Assembly (NCBI GenBank): GCA_034530615.2
Contig: JAVRCV020000037.1
Span: 1 to 64,000 of the forward strand
Reading direction: 5' to 3'
Source of the DNA: Aulosira sp. ZfuVER01
Lineage (GTDB): Bacteria > Cyanobacteriota > Cyanobacteriia > Cyanobacteriales > Nostocaceae
DNA length: 64,000 bases
Of this stretch, positions 50,457 through 60,628 are shown one piece after another. Position numbers and translations under genes: made by a program. Every line of letters starts with the position of its first letter. Position 1 is the first letter of the stretch. The notes beneath the pieces are model-generated. The model saw only the letters and a list, made by a program, of their open reading frames with translations. It had not been told where the DNA came from and made no database searches.

Positions 50457-51425
50457 TCAAGTTTGTATGTTGCATTGTTGATACAGAGATAACAAGGTGC
50501 ACTCCCAAACAAGACGGGGTTGGGCGTAACAAAGTAGAGATTTACGAGCTTGTTCTAGCTGTTTGATGATGCCTGCTCGATACAACTGTTGCCAGTAAGA
50601 CTGCTGGAGATAATCAACTAACCATAGTTGTGCTTCTGTATCTAAATCTTTATCAATCTTCTTAGCTAATTCTAAAGCGTGGCGATAGGATGAAGGCGCT
50701 TTAGTCAAATCTTGGAGTAAGTCGGAAGGGATAGCCTGTAGTTGCTGGTAAGATGCGATCGCACTCCCTGGACTACCAGCTGCTATGTTCAACAATGGCT
50801 GATTTTGTAAAATTTCCTGATGTCCGGTTTGAGTTAATACCTGAGCTAAAGATGCTGCATCTAAGCGATAAAAAGGAATGCGTTGACAACGTGATACTAA
50901 AGTTGGCAACACCGAATCTGGAGAGGGTGCAATTAAAATCAATGTCGCTTGTCCAGGTTCTTCCAAAGTCTTCAGCAAAGCATTGGCTGCTGCTTCTGCC
51001 ATTGTTTCCGCTTGTTCCAGTACTACTACATTTCTCTGTGCTTCCAAAGGCGGTCGCCCAAGAAATTCCGTAATTTGCCGAATTTGTTCTAGTCTAATGA
51101 CTGGGGGTGCTTTGCGCTTCACTCCTTTCTCGGCGGCTTCTGCTGCTGTTAGTAGGTTTCCTTGGTATTGGTAAGTCGGCTCTAGCCACAATACATCTGG
51201 ATGGTTGCCTTGAAGCAAGCGATTTTTTAAAGATGCGATTAATCTGATCTCGACACTACTAGAAAATAGCAACTCTACAAAACACCGTGCGGCTAAACTC
51301 CTTCCCACACCATCCGGCCCCACAAATAAATAGGCTGGTGCAACTCGCTTTTGCTTGACAGCTTGAGAAAGTAATTCTATGGCTTGCTGTTGTCCTACAA
51401 GTGGTGCAAATGGGTCATTAGTCAT
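50457..51425 (-). CDS. holB: DNA polymerase III subunit delta'
   Basis: AYLFVGPDGVGR, HPD, AANALLKTLEEP, LPTLVSRC; adjacent to tmk. Confidence 0.95.
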   Translation of the reverse strand: MTNDPFAPLVGQQQAIELLSQAVKQKRVAPAYLFVGPDGVGRSLAARCFVELLFSSSVEIRLIASLKNRLLQGNHPDVLWLEPTYQYQGNLLTAAEAAEKGVKRKAPPVIRLEQIRQITEFLGRPPLEAQRNVVVLEQAETMAEAAANALLKTLEEPGQATLILIAPSPDSVLPTLVSRCQRIPFYRLDAASLAQVLTQTGHQEILQNQPLLNIAAGSPGSAIASYQQLQAIPSDLLQDLTKAPSSYRHALELAKKIDKDLDTEAQLWLVDYLQQSYWQQLYRAGIIKQLEQARKSLLCYAQPRLVWECTLLSLYQQCNIQT

Positions 51426-51725
51426 TATTCAATTGTAGATTGAGTAACATAGTACCAACATAGAGAAAGCGCCCAGAACTTCATCTCAAGCGCTTTTACT
51501 AATTGAATATTGAAGCTAAATCATTTTTCTGGCAAGTGTGGAGTTTTTCAGTGGCAAGGACAACCTGTTGCCAGTTTATTCAAAAATTCCCCGAAATCTT
51601 GTTTAGCTCAGAGCTAGGCAAATTGCGATCGCATAACTTGCGATAAATGCGAAAAATATGGCTATTTAGTTACCAGAATATGCTTTCATGTAGAGTTAAA
51701 ACCTATTGACTTACCAGGAGTTGAT

Positions 51726-52367
51726 TTAATAAGCAAACCAAGATTGGAGGCGATCGCGCAAATTTGCCTGAATGATCTGGTGTACAGATTCCCTGCTCAA
51801 ATTCCCATCTATCCGGATAATGCGTTGAGGATATAATGCAGCTAACTCTACATATCCTTGCTGTACGCGGTGATGAAAGGCGATTGTCTCTTGTTCAATG
51901 CGGTCAAATACTTGTTCATCTCCCCGTTTTCGGGCTAGTCCCACTTCGGCATCAACATCTAGCCAGAGAGTTAGGTCACTTTCTAAACCACCAGTGGCAA
52001 TATAATTTAGCTGCTTAATTAAACTCATGTTTAAACCGCGACCATAACCTTGGTAGGCAATAGTAGATTCAGTGTAGCGATCGCATAAAATATATTTCCC
52101 TTTTGCTAAATTTGGCTTGAGTTCTTGTTCTACGTGTTGTGAACGGTCAGCAGCATACAACAATAATTCTGTCAACTCGGCAATTGGTTTGTTATCCGTT
52201 TTTTCCAGCAATAAGCGACGAATATCCAAGCCTAACTCCGTTCCTCCCGGTTCACGAGTTATTACTACAGATATACCCAAGCTTTCCAACCACCGAGAAC
52301 AAAGCTGCATTTGGCTAGTTTTGCCGCAGCCTTCCACTCCTTCAAACACTATTAATTTACCATCCAT
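51726..52367 (-). CDS. tmk: thymidylate kinase
   Basis: FEGVEGCGKTSQ, TREPGGT, LLYAADR, CDRY..ST.AYQG. Confidence 0.97.
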   Translation of the reverse strand: MDGKLIVFEGVEGCGKTSQMQLCSRWLESLGISVVITREPGGTELGLDIRRLLLEKTDNKPIAELTELLLYAADRSQHVEQELKPNLAKGKYILCDRYTESTIAYQGYGRGLNMSLIKQLNYIATGGLESDLTLWLDVDAEVGLARKRGDEQVFDRIEQETIAFHHRVQQGYVELAALYPQRIIRIDGNLSRESVHQIIQANLRDRLQSWFAY

Positions 52368-52496
52368 GCGTTGTTAATTTTGCTACTACTGACTTTTGAG
52401 ATTACGTTTTATTAGGCTACCAGGTATGTTGATCGATCCTAAAGAGTGGGAACTCTAATTATTAAGGTTGACAGAAGTTTCTTCAAACCGCTACTT

Positions 52497-55265
52497 ATGC
52501 CCCATTTTGATAGTGCAACTTTGCATCAATTGCCATTCCGTGGTTTGCCACGCAGCTTGAGTTCTTGGGAAACTTGGGCTTTTGGATTGACATCGCATCT
52601 GGCTTGGACATCTGTGGTACCGGCTGTTCATGCTGCTTTAGGAACGCAAGCGGTTTTTGTTTGGGTTCCCGCGGTGATGGTTGGGATGCTGCTGAATTAT
52701 CAGATGAAGCATTTAGGTAGAAATTTAGTTGATGTAGCTGGCGGAACTCCTAACTATACTACTCAGCTTTGGCAAAGGTATCCATTTATTGCCCGCTATG
52801 CAGCAATTGGGTATCTCCTGGGTTGGCTTTCCTTCCTTTCTGTCAATGCTGTTGTGCTTACAGATATCATCAAAGTGAATCTTGAAGCATTAAGTATTAA
52901 CTGTCCAGAGGCAATTCTCAAAATTAGCTTTATATTACTGCCTTTTGTTGTTGCTTTCAGTGGTACACGGGCTTTAAGTATTCTGCATCTATTTTTTGCT
53001 ATTCCCGCCTTCATTTTGCTATTTACTTTCTGTCTCCAAGGTTTAGGATTTTTAGCCTTTTCTAGCCATAGCCCTGGTTTTTTTCCTAGTCAATGGTCAT
53101 CTTTTAGTTTTATTGACTGTGCAAAATGGTTCTATTTTGTGAGCTATACAACTTATAGTTGTGAAACTGCTACATCTTTTGTGGCGGATAGTCGCGATCC
53201 TCATAAAACTCTCAGTTTTTTAGACATAGCTGCTTGGTTAATGCTACCTGTGTTTGTGGGAGGTTCTTGGGTGATTATGCGTTTAGCAACTTCCCCAGAC
53301 CTGAGTGACAATGCTTTTTTGAATTTTGTTGCAGCTTCTACACCTTTTTGGGGAAATTTTGCCCCAGCGATCGCCACTTTTTTGCTAGCAGGTTCCTGTT
53401 TGTTGGGTTCAGCAACAACAGTTTCTAATGCCCCCCGCATCATTTATCAGTTAGCTGTAGATAAACATCTAGCACCAGTATTTTCCGTAGTCTCACGTCG
53501 CGGAGTCTTTGGTTCATCTCTAACTCTCAGCCTGATTTTAGGCTTGATTTATTTTATTTGGGGAGATGTAGCGCACATCGTTGCAGCTGCAAATTCTGCT
53601 TGGTTTATCTCGTTTATGTTGCTACATTTAGGTTTATGGCGACAACGAGCTAAATTTGATGTATTGCTTCCCCGCATGACTTTGGGTATCTTTTTGCTGG
53701 AGATAGTAATCTTAATAGTGGGAGGCTTTGCTTGGGGTTGGCAAGATTTTTTTATTGGATTATTTGCTCCCTTTGTTGTCTTAGCAATCGATGCCTTAGT
53801 ACGCTACATTCCTATTGCGATTTTCCGTCCTAGTTGGTGGTTTAAGCTTTATCAATCACGGCGGTCAAATCAATTTCAAGATTCTGTGATGCTACAAGTG
53901 AGTATCCTGATTTTTCTTTTGTGCAGTGCTGTTTTAGTCGGTTGTTTATTCGGTTGGCAATTAAATAAAGTTGCTAGCAATAATTTTGGCAACTTGGTTG
54001 TAATTTTGCTGATGACAGTAGCATTTGTAGGAGTCGCGATCGCCTGCTGGACTAGTTTACCTCAGGTAGTAGCGATCGCAGAGGCACGAGAAGCAGCCGA
54101 ACACTTATTTACTGTTGCTCAAGATGGCATTTTAGCAGTGAACGATCGGGGTATTATCTTACAAGCAAACCCAGCGACTGAATCTTTTTTTAGTGTCAAC
54201 CCCTTGGAGTTGCAAGGTAATCATCTTAATAATTGGTTCCCTGAATTAGCCTACTACCCAGACCAATGGACAATACGCAGCGAACAAACGCTGGTACAAA
54301 AAGGTAAAATCAGAACTCTAGAAGTTTCTATTTCAGACCGACCCCATCAAGATTTTCGAGAATATGTTGTGATTCTCCACGACATTACTGAACGCAAACA
54401 AGCAGAGGAGATATTAAGGCACTCCGAAGCACAGTTGAAGGAAGAAGCAAAGCAGTTAGCATCTCAACTAGTACAAAGTGAAAAGATGTCTAGTTTGGGT
54501 CAGTTAGTAGCTGGTGTAGCACACGAAATTAATAACCCAGTTAGCTTTATTAATGGCAATCTTACTCCTGCCAATGAATATATTCAAGATTTACTGAGAC
54601 TACTACAACTATATCAACAACACTATCCTCATCCAGTGCCAGAAATTCAAGATGAAGCAGAGGCAATTGATTTAAACTTTTTAATGACAGACTTGCCCAA
54701 TTTATTAACTTCTATGAAAGTAGGAGCTAAAAGAATTACAGACATTGTGCTGTCTCTGCGAAACTTTTCTCGCTTGGATGAGGCAGAAATGAAAGCAGTA
54801 AATATTCATGAAGGTATCGACAGTACTTTGATGATTCTGGAACATCGCCTCAAGGCTACAACTAACCGTCCAGAAATTGCGGTTATCAAAAAATATGACA
54901 ATCTGCCATTGATAGAGTGCTATCCTGGACAACTCAATCAAGTATTGATGAATATTCTAGCTAATGCCATTGATGCTTTAGAAGCAGGGAAAATAAATCA
55001 TCCTCAAATTCGGATTGCAACTAAAGTTACAGAGAATAAATATCTATTTATTAACATTGCCGATAATGGGATTGGTATTCCAGAAAGTGTACAAAAGCGA
55101 TTATTTGAACCATTTTTTACTACTAAACCAATTGGTAAGGGTACGGGTTTAGGTTTATCTATTAGTTATCAAATTATTACAGAAAAACATCGGGGAAAAA
55201 TCCAATTTTTTTCTACTCCTGGTAATGGTACAGAATTTGTTATTGAAATTCCATTGCATCAATGA
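52497..55265 (+). CDS. APC-type amino-acid-permease domain fused to PAS-HisKA-HATPase
   Basis: ~530-aa polytopic N-terminus (SNAPRIIYQLA.D..L..VF), [39 protein letters not shown]. Confidence 0.88.
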   Translation: MPHFDSATLHQLPFRGLPRSLSSWETWAFGLTSHLAWTSVVPAVHAALGTQAVFVWVPAVMVGMLLNYQMKHLGRNLVDVAGGTPNYTTQLWQRYPFIARYAAIGYLLGWLSFLSVNAVVLTDIIKVNLEALSINCPEAILKISFILLPFVVAFSGTRALSILHLFFAIPAFILLFTFCLQGLGFLAFSSHSPGFFPSQWSSFSFIDCAKWFYFVSYTTYSCETATSFVADSRDPHKTLSFLDIAAWLMLPVFVGGSWVIMRLATSPDLSDNAFLNFVAASTPFWGNFAPAIATFLLAGSCLLGSATTVSNAPRIIYQLAVDKHLAPVFSVVSRRGVFGSSLTLSLILGLIYFIWGDVAHIVAAANSAWFISFMLLHLGLWRQRAKFDVLLPRMTLGIFLLEIVILIVGGFAWGWQDFFIGLFAPFVVLAIDALVRYIPIAIFRPSWWFKLYQSRRSNQFQDSVMLQVSILIFLLCSAVLVGCLFGWQLNKVASNNFGNLVVILLMTVAFVGVAIACWTSLPQVVAIAEAREAAEHLFTVAQDGILAVNDRGIILQANPATESFFSVNPLELQGNHLNNWFPELAYYPDQWTIRSEQTLVQKGKIRTLEVSISDRPHQDFREYVVILHDITERKQAEEILRHSEAQLKEEAKQLASQLVQSEKMSSLGQLVAGVAHEINNPVSFINGNLTPANEYIQDLLRLLQLYQQHYPHPVPEIQDEAEAIDLNFLMTDLPNLLTSMKVGAKRITDIVLSLRNFSRLDEAEMKAVNIHEGIDSTLMILEHRLKATTNRPEIAVIKKYDNLPLIECYPGQLNQVLMNILANAIDALEAGKINHPQIRIATKVTENKYLFINIADNGIGIPESVQKRLFEPFFTTKPIGKGTGLGLSISYQIITEKHRGKIQFFSTPGNGTEFVIEIPLHQ

Positions 55266-55341
55266 AAAAATAAAAAGCGATCGCACTTTGAGTCTGCCGT
55301 TTTGTAGCATTTGCGATCGCCTTCTTAATAAATCCAAACTT

Positions 55342-57108
55342 CTACATTCTTTCTAGTACCTGAATTCCCAACAGAGATAAACCTAACTTGAGGGTTCTAG
55401 CAGTCAAATCACACAGAACTAGGCGAGATGTCCGCAGAGGTTCCTCCGCAGTTAGCACCGGAACACCGCGATCGCGATCGTAAAACTGATTAAACTTTTT
55501 ACTAAGCTCGTATAAATACTCACATAAACGATTGGGCATTAAGTCTTGCTCTACAGTACTAATAACCTCATCGAGTTGCAGTAAATATTTTGCCAGTGCT
55601 AATTCTGTTTCATGTTGTAACAGGACTTTGACATTTTCTCCTAACTGTTCAAAGTTAATATCACCCTTGCGGCTAATTCCCTGAATCCGTGCATAAGCGT
55701 ACAGCATATAAGGTGCCGTATTACCTTTAAGATCCAGCATTTTGTCATAGCTGAAAATGTAGTTACTGGTGCGGTTTTGGCTTAAGTCAGCATATTTAAC
55801 TGCGCTGATACCAACTACCTCAGCAACATTGTTAATGAATTCTTCTGTTTCTTCGCGTTCTTCTTCTTTTAATCTAACTTCTAAGTCTGCACGACAACGA
55901 GAAATTGCTTCATCTAATAGATCCCGTAGCCTGACAGTATCTCCTGAACGTGTTTTAAATTTCTTTCCATCTTCCCCTAGCACCAACCCAAAAGGTACAT
56001 GAACCAATTCCACATCATCGGGAATCCATCCGGCTTTACGTGCTACTTGAAAGAATTGGGCAAAGTGGTTTGATTGTCCAGCATCAGTTACATAAATTAT
56101 CCGCTTTGCTTCATCTTGTTGAATCCGGTAGCGTAAGGCGGCTAAATCTGTTGTCGCGTAATTATAACCACCATCAGATTTTTGCACAATCAAAGGCAGA
56201 GGTTCACCTTCTCTATTGGTAAACCCTTCCAAGAATACACACTGTGCTCCTTGATTTTCTACCAGTAATCCAGATTTTTCTAAATCTGCCACAATTCCTG
56301 GTAGTAAGGGGTTGTAGAAAGATTCACCACGTTCTGTTACCTTGACATTCAGCAAATCATAAATTATCTGAAACTCTTGTCTTGATTGTTCGCACAGTAA
56401 TTTCCAAGCATGGATTGTATCTTCTGCACCTGCTTGTAGTCTGACAACTTCTTGTCTCGCTGTCTCTTGGAATGCTTCATCTGCATCAAATCGCTGTTTC
56501 GCTTGGCGGTAAAAACTAACTAAATCACCAATATCTAAAGCATTAGCAGTAGTTAGGGCTTCTGGGTAAACTTCCCGTAGGTAAGCGATTAACATCCCAA
56601 ATTGAGTACCCCAATCACCCACATGGTTTAACCGCAAAACATCATGTCCGAGAAATTCCAAAATCCGGGCAATACTATCACCAATAATAGTTGAGCGCAG
56701 ATGCCCAACGTGCATTTCCTTAGCAATATTGGGACTGGAAAAATCTACAATTTCTCGCTGTGGAGTTTTCGCTGTTGGTACACCTAATCTGGAATCTGCT
56801 TGAATAGCATTTAATTGTGCTTCCAAGTATGCAGTTTTCAGTTTCAGATTGATAAACCCAGGCCCAGCGATATCTGGCGGTTCACAGATTTCTGATACAT
56901 CTAGTTTATCTGCGATCGCTACTGCAATTTGCCTTGGTTGCTTTCCTAACCTTTTACTCAGGGATAAAGCCACATTCGCCTGATAATCACCAAATTTAGG
57001 ATTGCTAGCAGGAACCAAAATCGGATCTACTCCAGCATACTCAGCACCAAACGCAGCCACCAAGGCCTGTGCAAATTGATGTTTTAATTTTTCTTGTGTA
57101 GCGTTCAT
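55342..57108 (-). CDS. argS: arginine--tRNA ligase
   Basis: [50 protein letters not shown]. Confidence 0.98.
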   Translation of the reverse strand: MNATQEKLKHQFAQALVAAFGAEYAGVDPILVPASNPKFGDYQANVALSLSKRLGKQPRQIAVAIADKLDVSEICEPPDIAGPGFINLKLKTAYLEAQLNAIQADSRLGVPTAKTPQREIVDFSSPNIAKEMHVGHLRSTIIGDSIARILEFLGHDVLRLNHVGDWGTQFGMLIAYLREVYPEALTTANALDIGDLVSFYRQAKQRFDADEAFQETARQEVVRLQAGAEDTIHAWKLLCEQSRQEFQIIYDLLNVKVTERGESFYNPLLPGIVADLEKSGLLVENQGAQCVFLEGFTNREGEPLPLIVQKSDGGYNYATTDLAALRYRIQQDEAKRIIYVTDAGQSNHFAQFFQVARKAGWIPDDVELVHVPFGLVLGEDGKKFKTRSGDTVRLRDLLDEAISRCRADLEVRLKEEEREETEEFINNVAEVVGISAVKYADLSQNRTSNYIFSYDKMLDLKGNTAPYMLYAYARIQGISRKGDINFEQLGENVKVLLQHETELALAKYLLQLDEVISTVEQDLMPNRLCEYLYELSKKFNQFYDRDRGVPVLTAEEPLRTSRLVLCDLTARTLKLGLSLLGIQVLERM

Positions 57109-57220
57109 ATATAAATGTTATCTGTGGCAGGCGTAATGTGACTGTTGAGAGGTGGATATTCTCAGGAGCTTGATTATTTTAACTCTAAAATAAAGTCACC
57201 ATTACTAACTCAAGACTGTC

Positions 57221-57913
57221 ATGGTACAGTACAACCCCCTTGACTGTCTGCCATCTTCGGCAGAACTGCCCGACTCTGACGATACCCCTGTGGATAACGA
57301 ACTGGAAAACCTCATCCCTAATTTATTAGAAGCGATTTTGGCTTTAGCATGGAATGACCGTACTGACTGGTTTTTCGGTGTGGATATGGGCATTTATTAT
57401 GCACCATTACAACCGCCATTAGTCCCAGATGGATTTCTTAGCTTAGGAGTGGAACGATTTGTAGAAGAAGAGGGACGCTTAAGTTATGTACTTTGGGAAG
57501 AGGAGGGCACTGTTCCTATCTTAGCCCTAGAAGTCGTCTCGAAAACCTATAGTGGCGAGTACGAACAGAAAAAAATTGATTACGCTCAACTAGGAATTTT
57601 GTATTATGCAATTTATGTACCTAGTCGCAAATATCGGCGCAAACGAGAACCTCTAGAAGTTTATCGCTTAGTTAAGGGCCACTATATTTTACAACCAGGC
57701 TCACGGGTATGGATGCCAGAGATTGGTTTAGCAATTGGTCGAGAACGCGGTACTTACCTGGGACGGACAAGAGAGTGGTTATATTGGTACGATCAGGAGG
57801 GACTGAAATTACTTACACCAGAGGAATTACTGCAACAAGCAAGAGAACGCGCTGATAGACTGGCGCAAAAACTACGAAATTTAGGAATTAATCCAGAGGA
57901 AGAGGATATTTAG
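57221..57913 (+). CDS. Uma2-family (PD-(D/E)XK) endonuclease-like protein
   Basis: ELPDSDDTPVDNE, VPDGFLSLGV, LEVVS, EYEQKKIDYAQLGILYY. Confidence 0.92.
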   Translation: MVQYNPLDCLPSSAELPDSDDTPVDNELENLIPNLLEAILALAWNDRTDWFFGVDMGIYYAPLQPPLVPDGFLSLGVERFVEEEGRLSYVLWEEEGTVPILALEVVSKTYSGEYEQKKIDYAQLGILYYAIYVPSRKYRRKREPLEVYRLVKGHYILQPGSRVWMPEIGLAIGRERGTYLGRTREWLYWYDQEGLKLLTPEELLQQARERADRLAQKLRNLGINPEEEDI

Positions 57914-57926
57914 GGAATTGGGGGGT

Positions 57927-58040
57927 GCGTAGACGCAAAGCGGGGAGTCCATTACTGTGGGAGGTTTTCCTTCCGCAGGCGAGTAGTGTTCTCCAAAGGA
58001 GTTCTCGAAGAGTACCCAAAGGGCTTGTCATAGACATCGC
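57927..58040. mobile_element. nested small dispersed repeats inside a split HIP1 site
   Basis: GCG|TAGAC...TAGAC|ATCGC; removing the 106-bp insert (57930-58035) restores GCGATCGC; the insert carries several mini-hairpins. Confidence 0.6.
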
Positions 58041-58145
58041 AATTCTTATTCTTATACTTCCAAGATACCAGCCAAAATTATTGTGGCTGTAGTTGTTTCT
58101 ACGGTATCAATAGATTATAAACATACCGTCAGCAGAATTTAAATT

Positions 58146-58595
58146 GTGCCTGCCAGAGATGCTTTTCATGAAGTTGTTAAAACTGCTCTCCAGAAGGATA
58201 GCTGGTTAATTACTCACGATCCTTACCCACTACAAGCTGGTATATTTGACCTTGCGATTGACCTCGGTGCAGAAAAAGTGATTGCAGCCCAAAGGGAAGG
58301 ATGTAAAATTGCCGTAGAAATCAAAAGTTTTCTTGGTGCATCAAAAATTTCAGAATTTTACGGGGCTTTGGGACAGTTCGTAGCATATAGAGCAGCCTTA
58401 CGCACCCAAGATCCACAACGAGTTTTGTATCTAGCAGTCTCCAGTGATATTTACGATCGCTTTTTTGTCACCCCATTTATTCAGGGACTCGTTGAGCAAA
58501 ACCATCTTCTTCTGTTGATTTACGATATTGATGGGGAGGTGATTGAACAATGGCTACCATTGATGAATACCGACAACATATCCAAAACCTGCTAA
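58146..58595 (+). CDS. xisH: XisH family protein
   Basis: MPARDAFHEVVKTALQKD.W.ITHDP, IDLGAEK.IAA, KIAVEIKSF, ALGQF..YR.AL. Confidence 0.93.
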   Translation: MPARDAFHEVVKTALQKDSWLITHDPYPLQAGIFDLAIDLGAEKVIAAQREGCKIAVEIKSFLGASKISEFYGALGQFVAYRAALRTQDPQRVLYLAVSSDIYDRFFVTPFIQGLVEQNHLLLLIYDIDGEVIEQWLPLMNTDNISKTC

Positions 58596-58882
58596 CTGAA
58601 CACTCCAAAATGGTTTGGGATGAACGTATTCAAGCCCAAACTATTTTCGATACTGAACACGACCACTATCAACTAGTGTACGTTGGTTGGCGCGGTTCAA
58701 AGCGAATGTATGGTACTGTCCTTCACCTTGATATTATCAATGGCAAAATTTGGGTTCAACAGGATGGAACAGAGGTTGGTATTGCCAATAAATTAGTTGA
58801 ACTGGGTGTACCCAAACAGGACATTGTTTTGGGCTTTGACCCTCCAAAGATGAGGCATTACACTGACTTTGCAGTAGGCTGA
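58550..58882 (+). CDS. xisI: XisI family protein
   Basis: FD...DHYQL..VGW, HLDIINGKIWVQQDGTE.GIA..LVELGVPKQDIVLGF. Confidence 0.94.
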   Translation: MATIDEYRQHIQNLLTEHSKMVWDERIQAQTIFDTEHDHYQLVYVGWRGSKRMYGTVLHLDIINGKIWVQQDGTEVGIANKLVELGVPKQDIVLGFDPPKMRHYTDFAVG

Positions 58883-58907
58883 TAGCAGTTAAACTTAAAA
58901 ACAAAAT

Positions 58908-58936
58908 TCCACCTTCATATCAAATTATCAGGTGGA
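58908..58936 (-). terminator. hairpin downstream of tmRNA, between convergent xisI and ssrA
   Basis: TCCACCT/AGGTGGA inverted repeat followed on the minus strand by ATTTTGTTTT. Confidence 0.5.
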
Positions 58937-58954
58937 CTTGTGAGATATTTTTAG

Positions 58955-59340
58955 TGGATCCGAGCAGAGTCGAACTGCTGTCCAAATTGGGTATTGACCC
59001 TCCGCTCATTCACAGGTTTAGCCTATCTTACCCTCAAGGCGGGAATCGTTCATTATCCCGAACGTAGGATGCTCTGATTAAGTCTTAGCCAGCAAGCCAA
59101 CCAGAGAACACTTGCTAGAGCATCCGTTGGGGTTGGTCTCTAGCCCTTAACGGAGTCAGGCTAAAGACGCTCGAACCAATTAGAGGTTTTTAGGCAACTG
59201 CTAGAGCAGGCTTACGAGCAAAGCTAACGATGTTATTCGCATTTACTTTTGTTTTGAGCCTTTGATTTCCGAGAGGAGACTCACTCTCGACCTGAATCAC
59301 AGAGCAGCGTTCGCCAACCTGTCGAAACCGTGACGGACCC
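58955..59340 (-). ncRNA. ssrA: tmRNA; tag ORF 59240-59190 encodes ANNIVSFARKPALAVA*
   Basis: 5' GGGTCCG..GGTTTCGACAG pairs with 3' CGGATCC-A giving the G3.U Ala determinant; T-arm GCAGTTCGACTCTGC; cyanobacterial-type tag; CCA not encoded. Confidence 0.97.
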
Positions 59341-59512
59341 ATGTACTCTATACTTCAATTATAATACACCATTTTTATATTGTGTGTTGAGACAAAAAAT
59401 TTTGCGCTGCTGGATCGTGGTTGCTTAGGCTTGTCAATAATCTAGAGTAATTCAGCTTGATCAATGACAGCCTCCACTAGAAAGGCTATGACACCCAGCT
59501 TTCATCCTAACT

Positions 59513-59558
59513 AAAAATAGCCAATTGCTAATCTAAAACAACTAGCAGTTGGCTATTT
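59513..59558 (-). terminator. intrinsic terminator of the atp operon
   Basis: AAATAGCCAATTGCTA / TAGCAGTTGGCTATTT inverted repeat ~26 bp after the gamma stop, with a T run on the minus strand. Confidence 0.75.
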
Positions 59559-59584
59559 ATTACACAGTAACAATTGACAATTCC

Positions 59585-60532
59585 CTAAGTTAATGCTTCA
59601 GCACCACCCACAACTTCTAGGAGTTCTTGGGTAATTGCAGCTTGTCGAGCTTTGTTGTAAGACAAGGATAGGGTTCTAATCAATTCACCGGCATTGTCGC
59701 TGGCGTTGTTCATCGCAGTCATCCGTGCTGCTAGTTCACTAGCTGCTGATTCTTGCAGTGCCCGTAATAGCTGGTTACTCAAATATAGGGGCAGTAGAGA
59801 ATCAAGTATCTGCACTGGATCTTGCTCGAAAATCATATCGCGGGGCAAAGGACGGACTTGGTTAGTCACTTTTTGCCGTTCTACTTCAAATTGACCACCA
59901 CGTGTTGTCAAGCGGAAGATTTCGTCATCTGCTGCTTCTAACCCTTGCGGATCGAGAGGAAGCAGGGTTTGCACAACTGGACGAGAGCTAACTAAGGATA
60001 CAAATCGAGTGTAGACTAACTCAATTCTGTCTACACTTTCCGACAGGAACAAAGAAAGCAGTTCGTCAGCAATTTTGTTGGCTTCGGCTGCGGTGGGAAT
60101 TTGCTCTAAGCCGCTGTAGGTAGCATCAATCGGTTGGTTACGGCGTTGAAAATACTGGATAGACTTGCGTCCCACCAAGACAAATTTGTAATCAACACCT
60201 TCGGCTTGAAGTTCCTTGGCACGATTTTCGGCGCGACGAATGACGTTAGTATTGTAACCGCCACACAAACCGCGATCGCCTGCAACTACCAACAGCCCTA
60301 CCGACTTGACTTCCCGCTTTTTCAGCAGAGGTAAGTTGGCTTCTTCAAACCGCAGACGGGTTTGTAGACCGTATAAAACTTGCGCTAAACGGTCAGCAAA
60401 TGGACGAGTTGCCAATACTTGTTCTTGCGCCCGACGTACTCTCGCCGCCGCTACCAGCCGCATAGCTTCTGTGATTTTTTTTGTGTTTTTGACCGACTGA
60501 ATGCGATCGCGTATTGCTTTAAGATTGGCCAT
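59585..60532 (-). CDS. atpG: ATP synthase F1 gamma (cyanobacterial atpC)
   Basis: [45 protein letters not shown]. Confidence 0.99.
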   Translation of the reverse strand: MANLKAIRDRIQSVKNTKKITEAMRLVAAARVRRAQEQVLATRPFADRLAQVLYGLQTRLRFEEANLPLLKKREVKSVGLLVVAGDRGLCGGYNTNVIRRAENRAKELQAEGVDYKFVLVGRKSIQYFQRRNQPIDATYSGLEQIPTAAEANKIADELLSLFLSESVDRIELVYTRFVSLVSSRPVVQTLLPLDPQGLEAADDEIFRLTTRGGQFEVERQKVTNQVRPLPRDMIFEQDPVQILDSLLPLYLSNQLLRALQESAASELAARMTAMNNASDNAGELIRTLSLSYNKARQAAITQELLEVVGGAEALT

Positions 60533-60549
60533 ATTTTTTTCCTGAGTCG

Positions 60550-60628
60550 TTAGTCATTTGTCTTTTATCCTTATGTCATTAGTCACTAGTTCTTTACCAA
60601 TGACCAATGACCAATGACCAATGACTAA
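60550..60628. repeat. STRR-type heptamer repeats in the alpha-gamma spacer
   Basis: (CCAATGA)x4 at 60597-60624, opposite degenerate TAGTCAT/TGTCATT units. Confidence 0.85.

Noticed and set aside
58146..58882. fdxN-type excision element or prophage at ssrA
   Set aside because: No XisF-like recombinase or integrase, no interrupted gene, and no att duplication seen.
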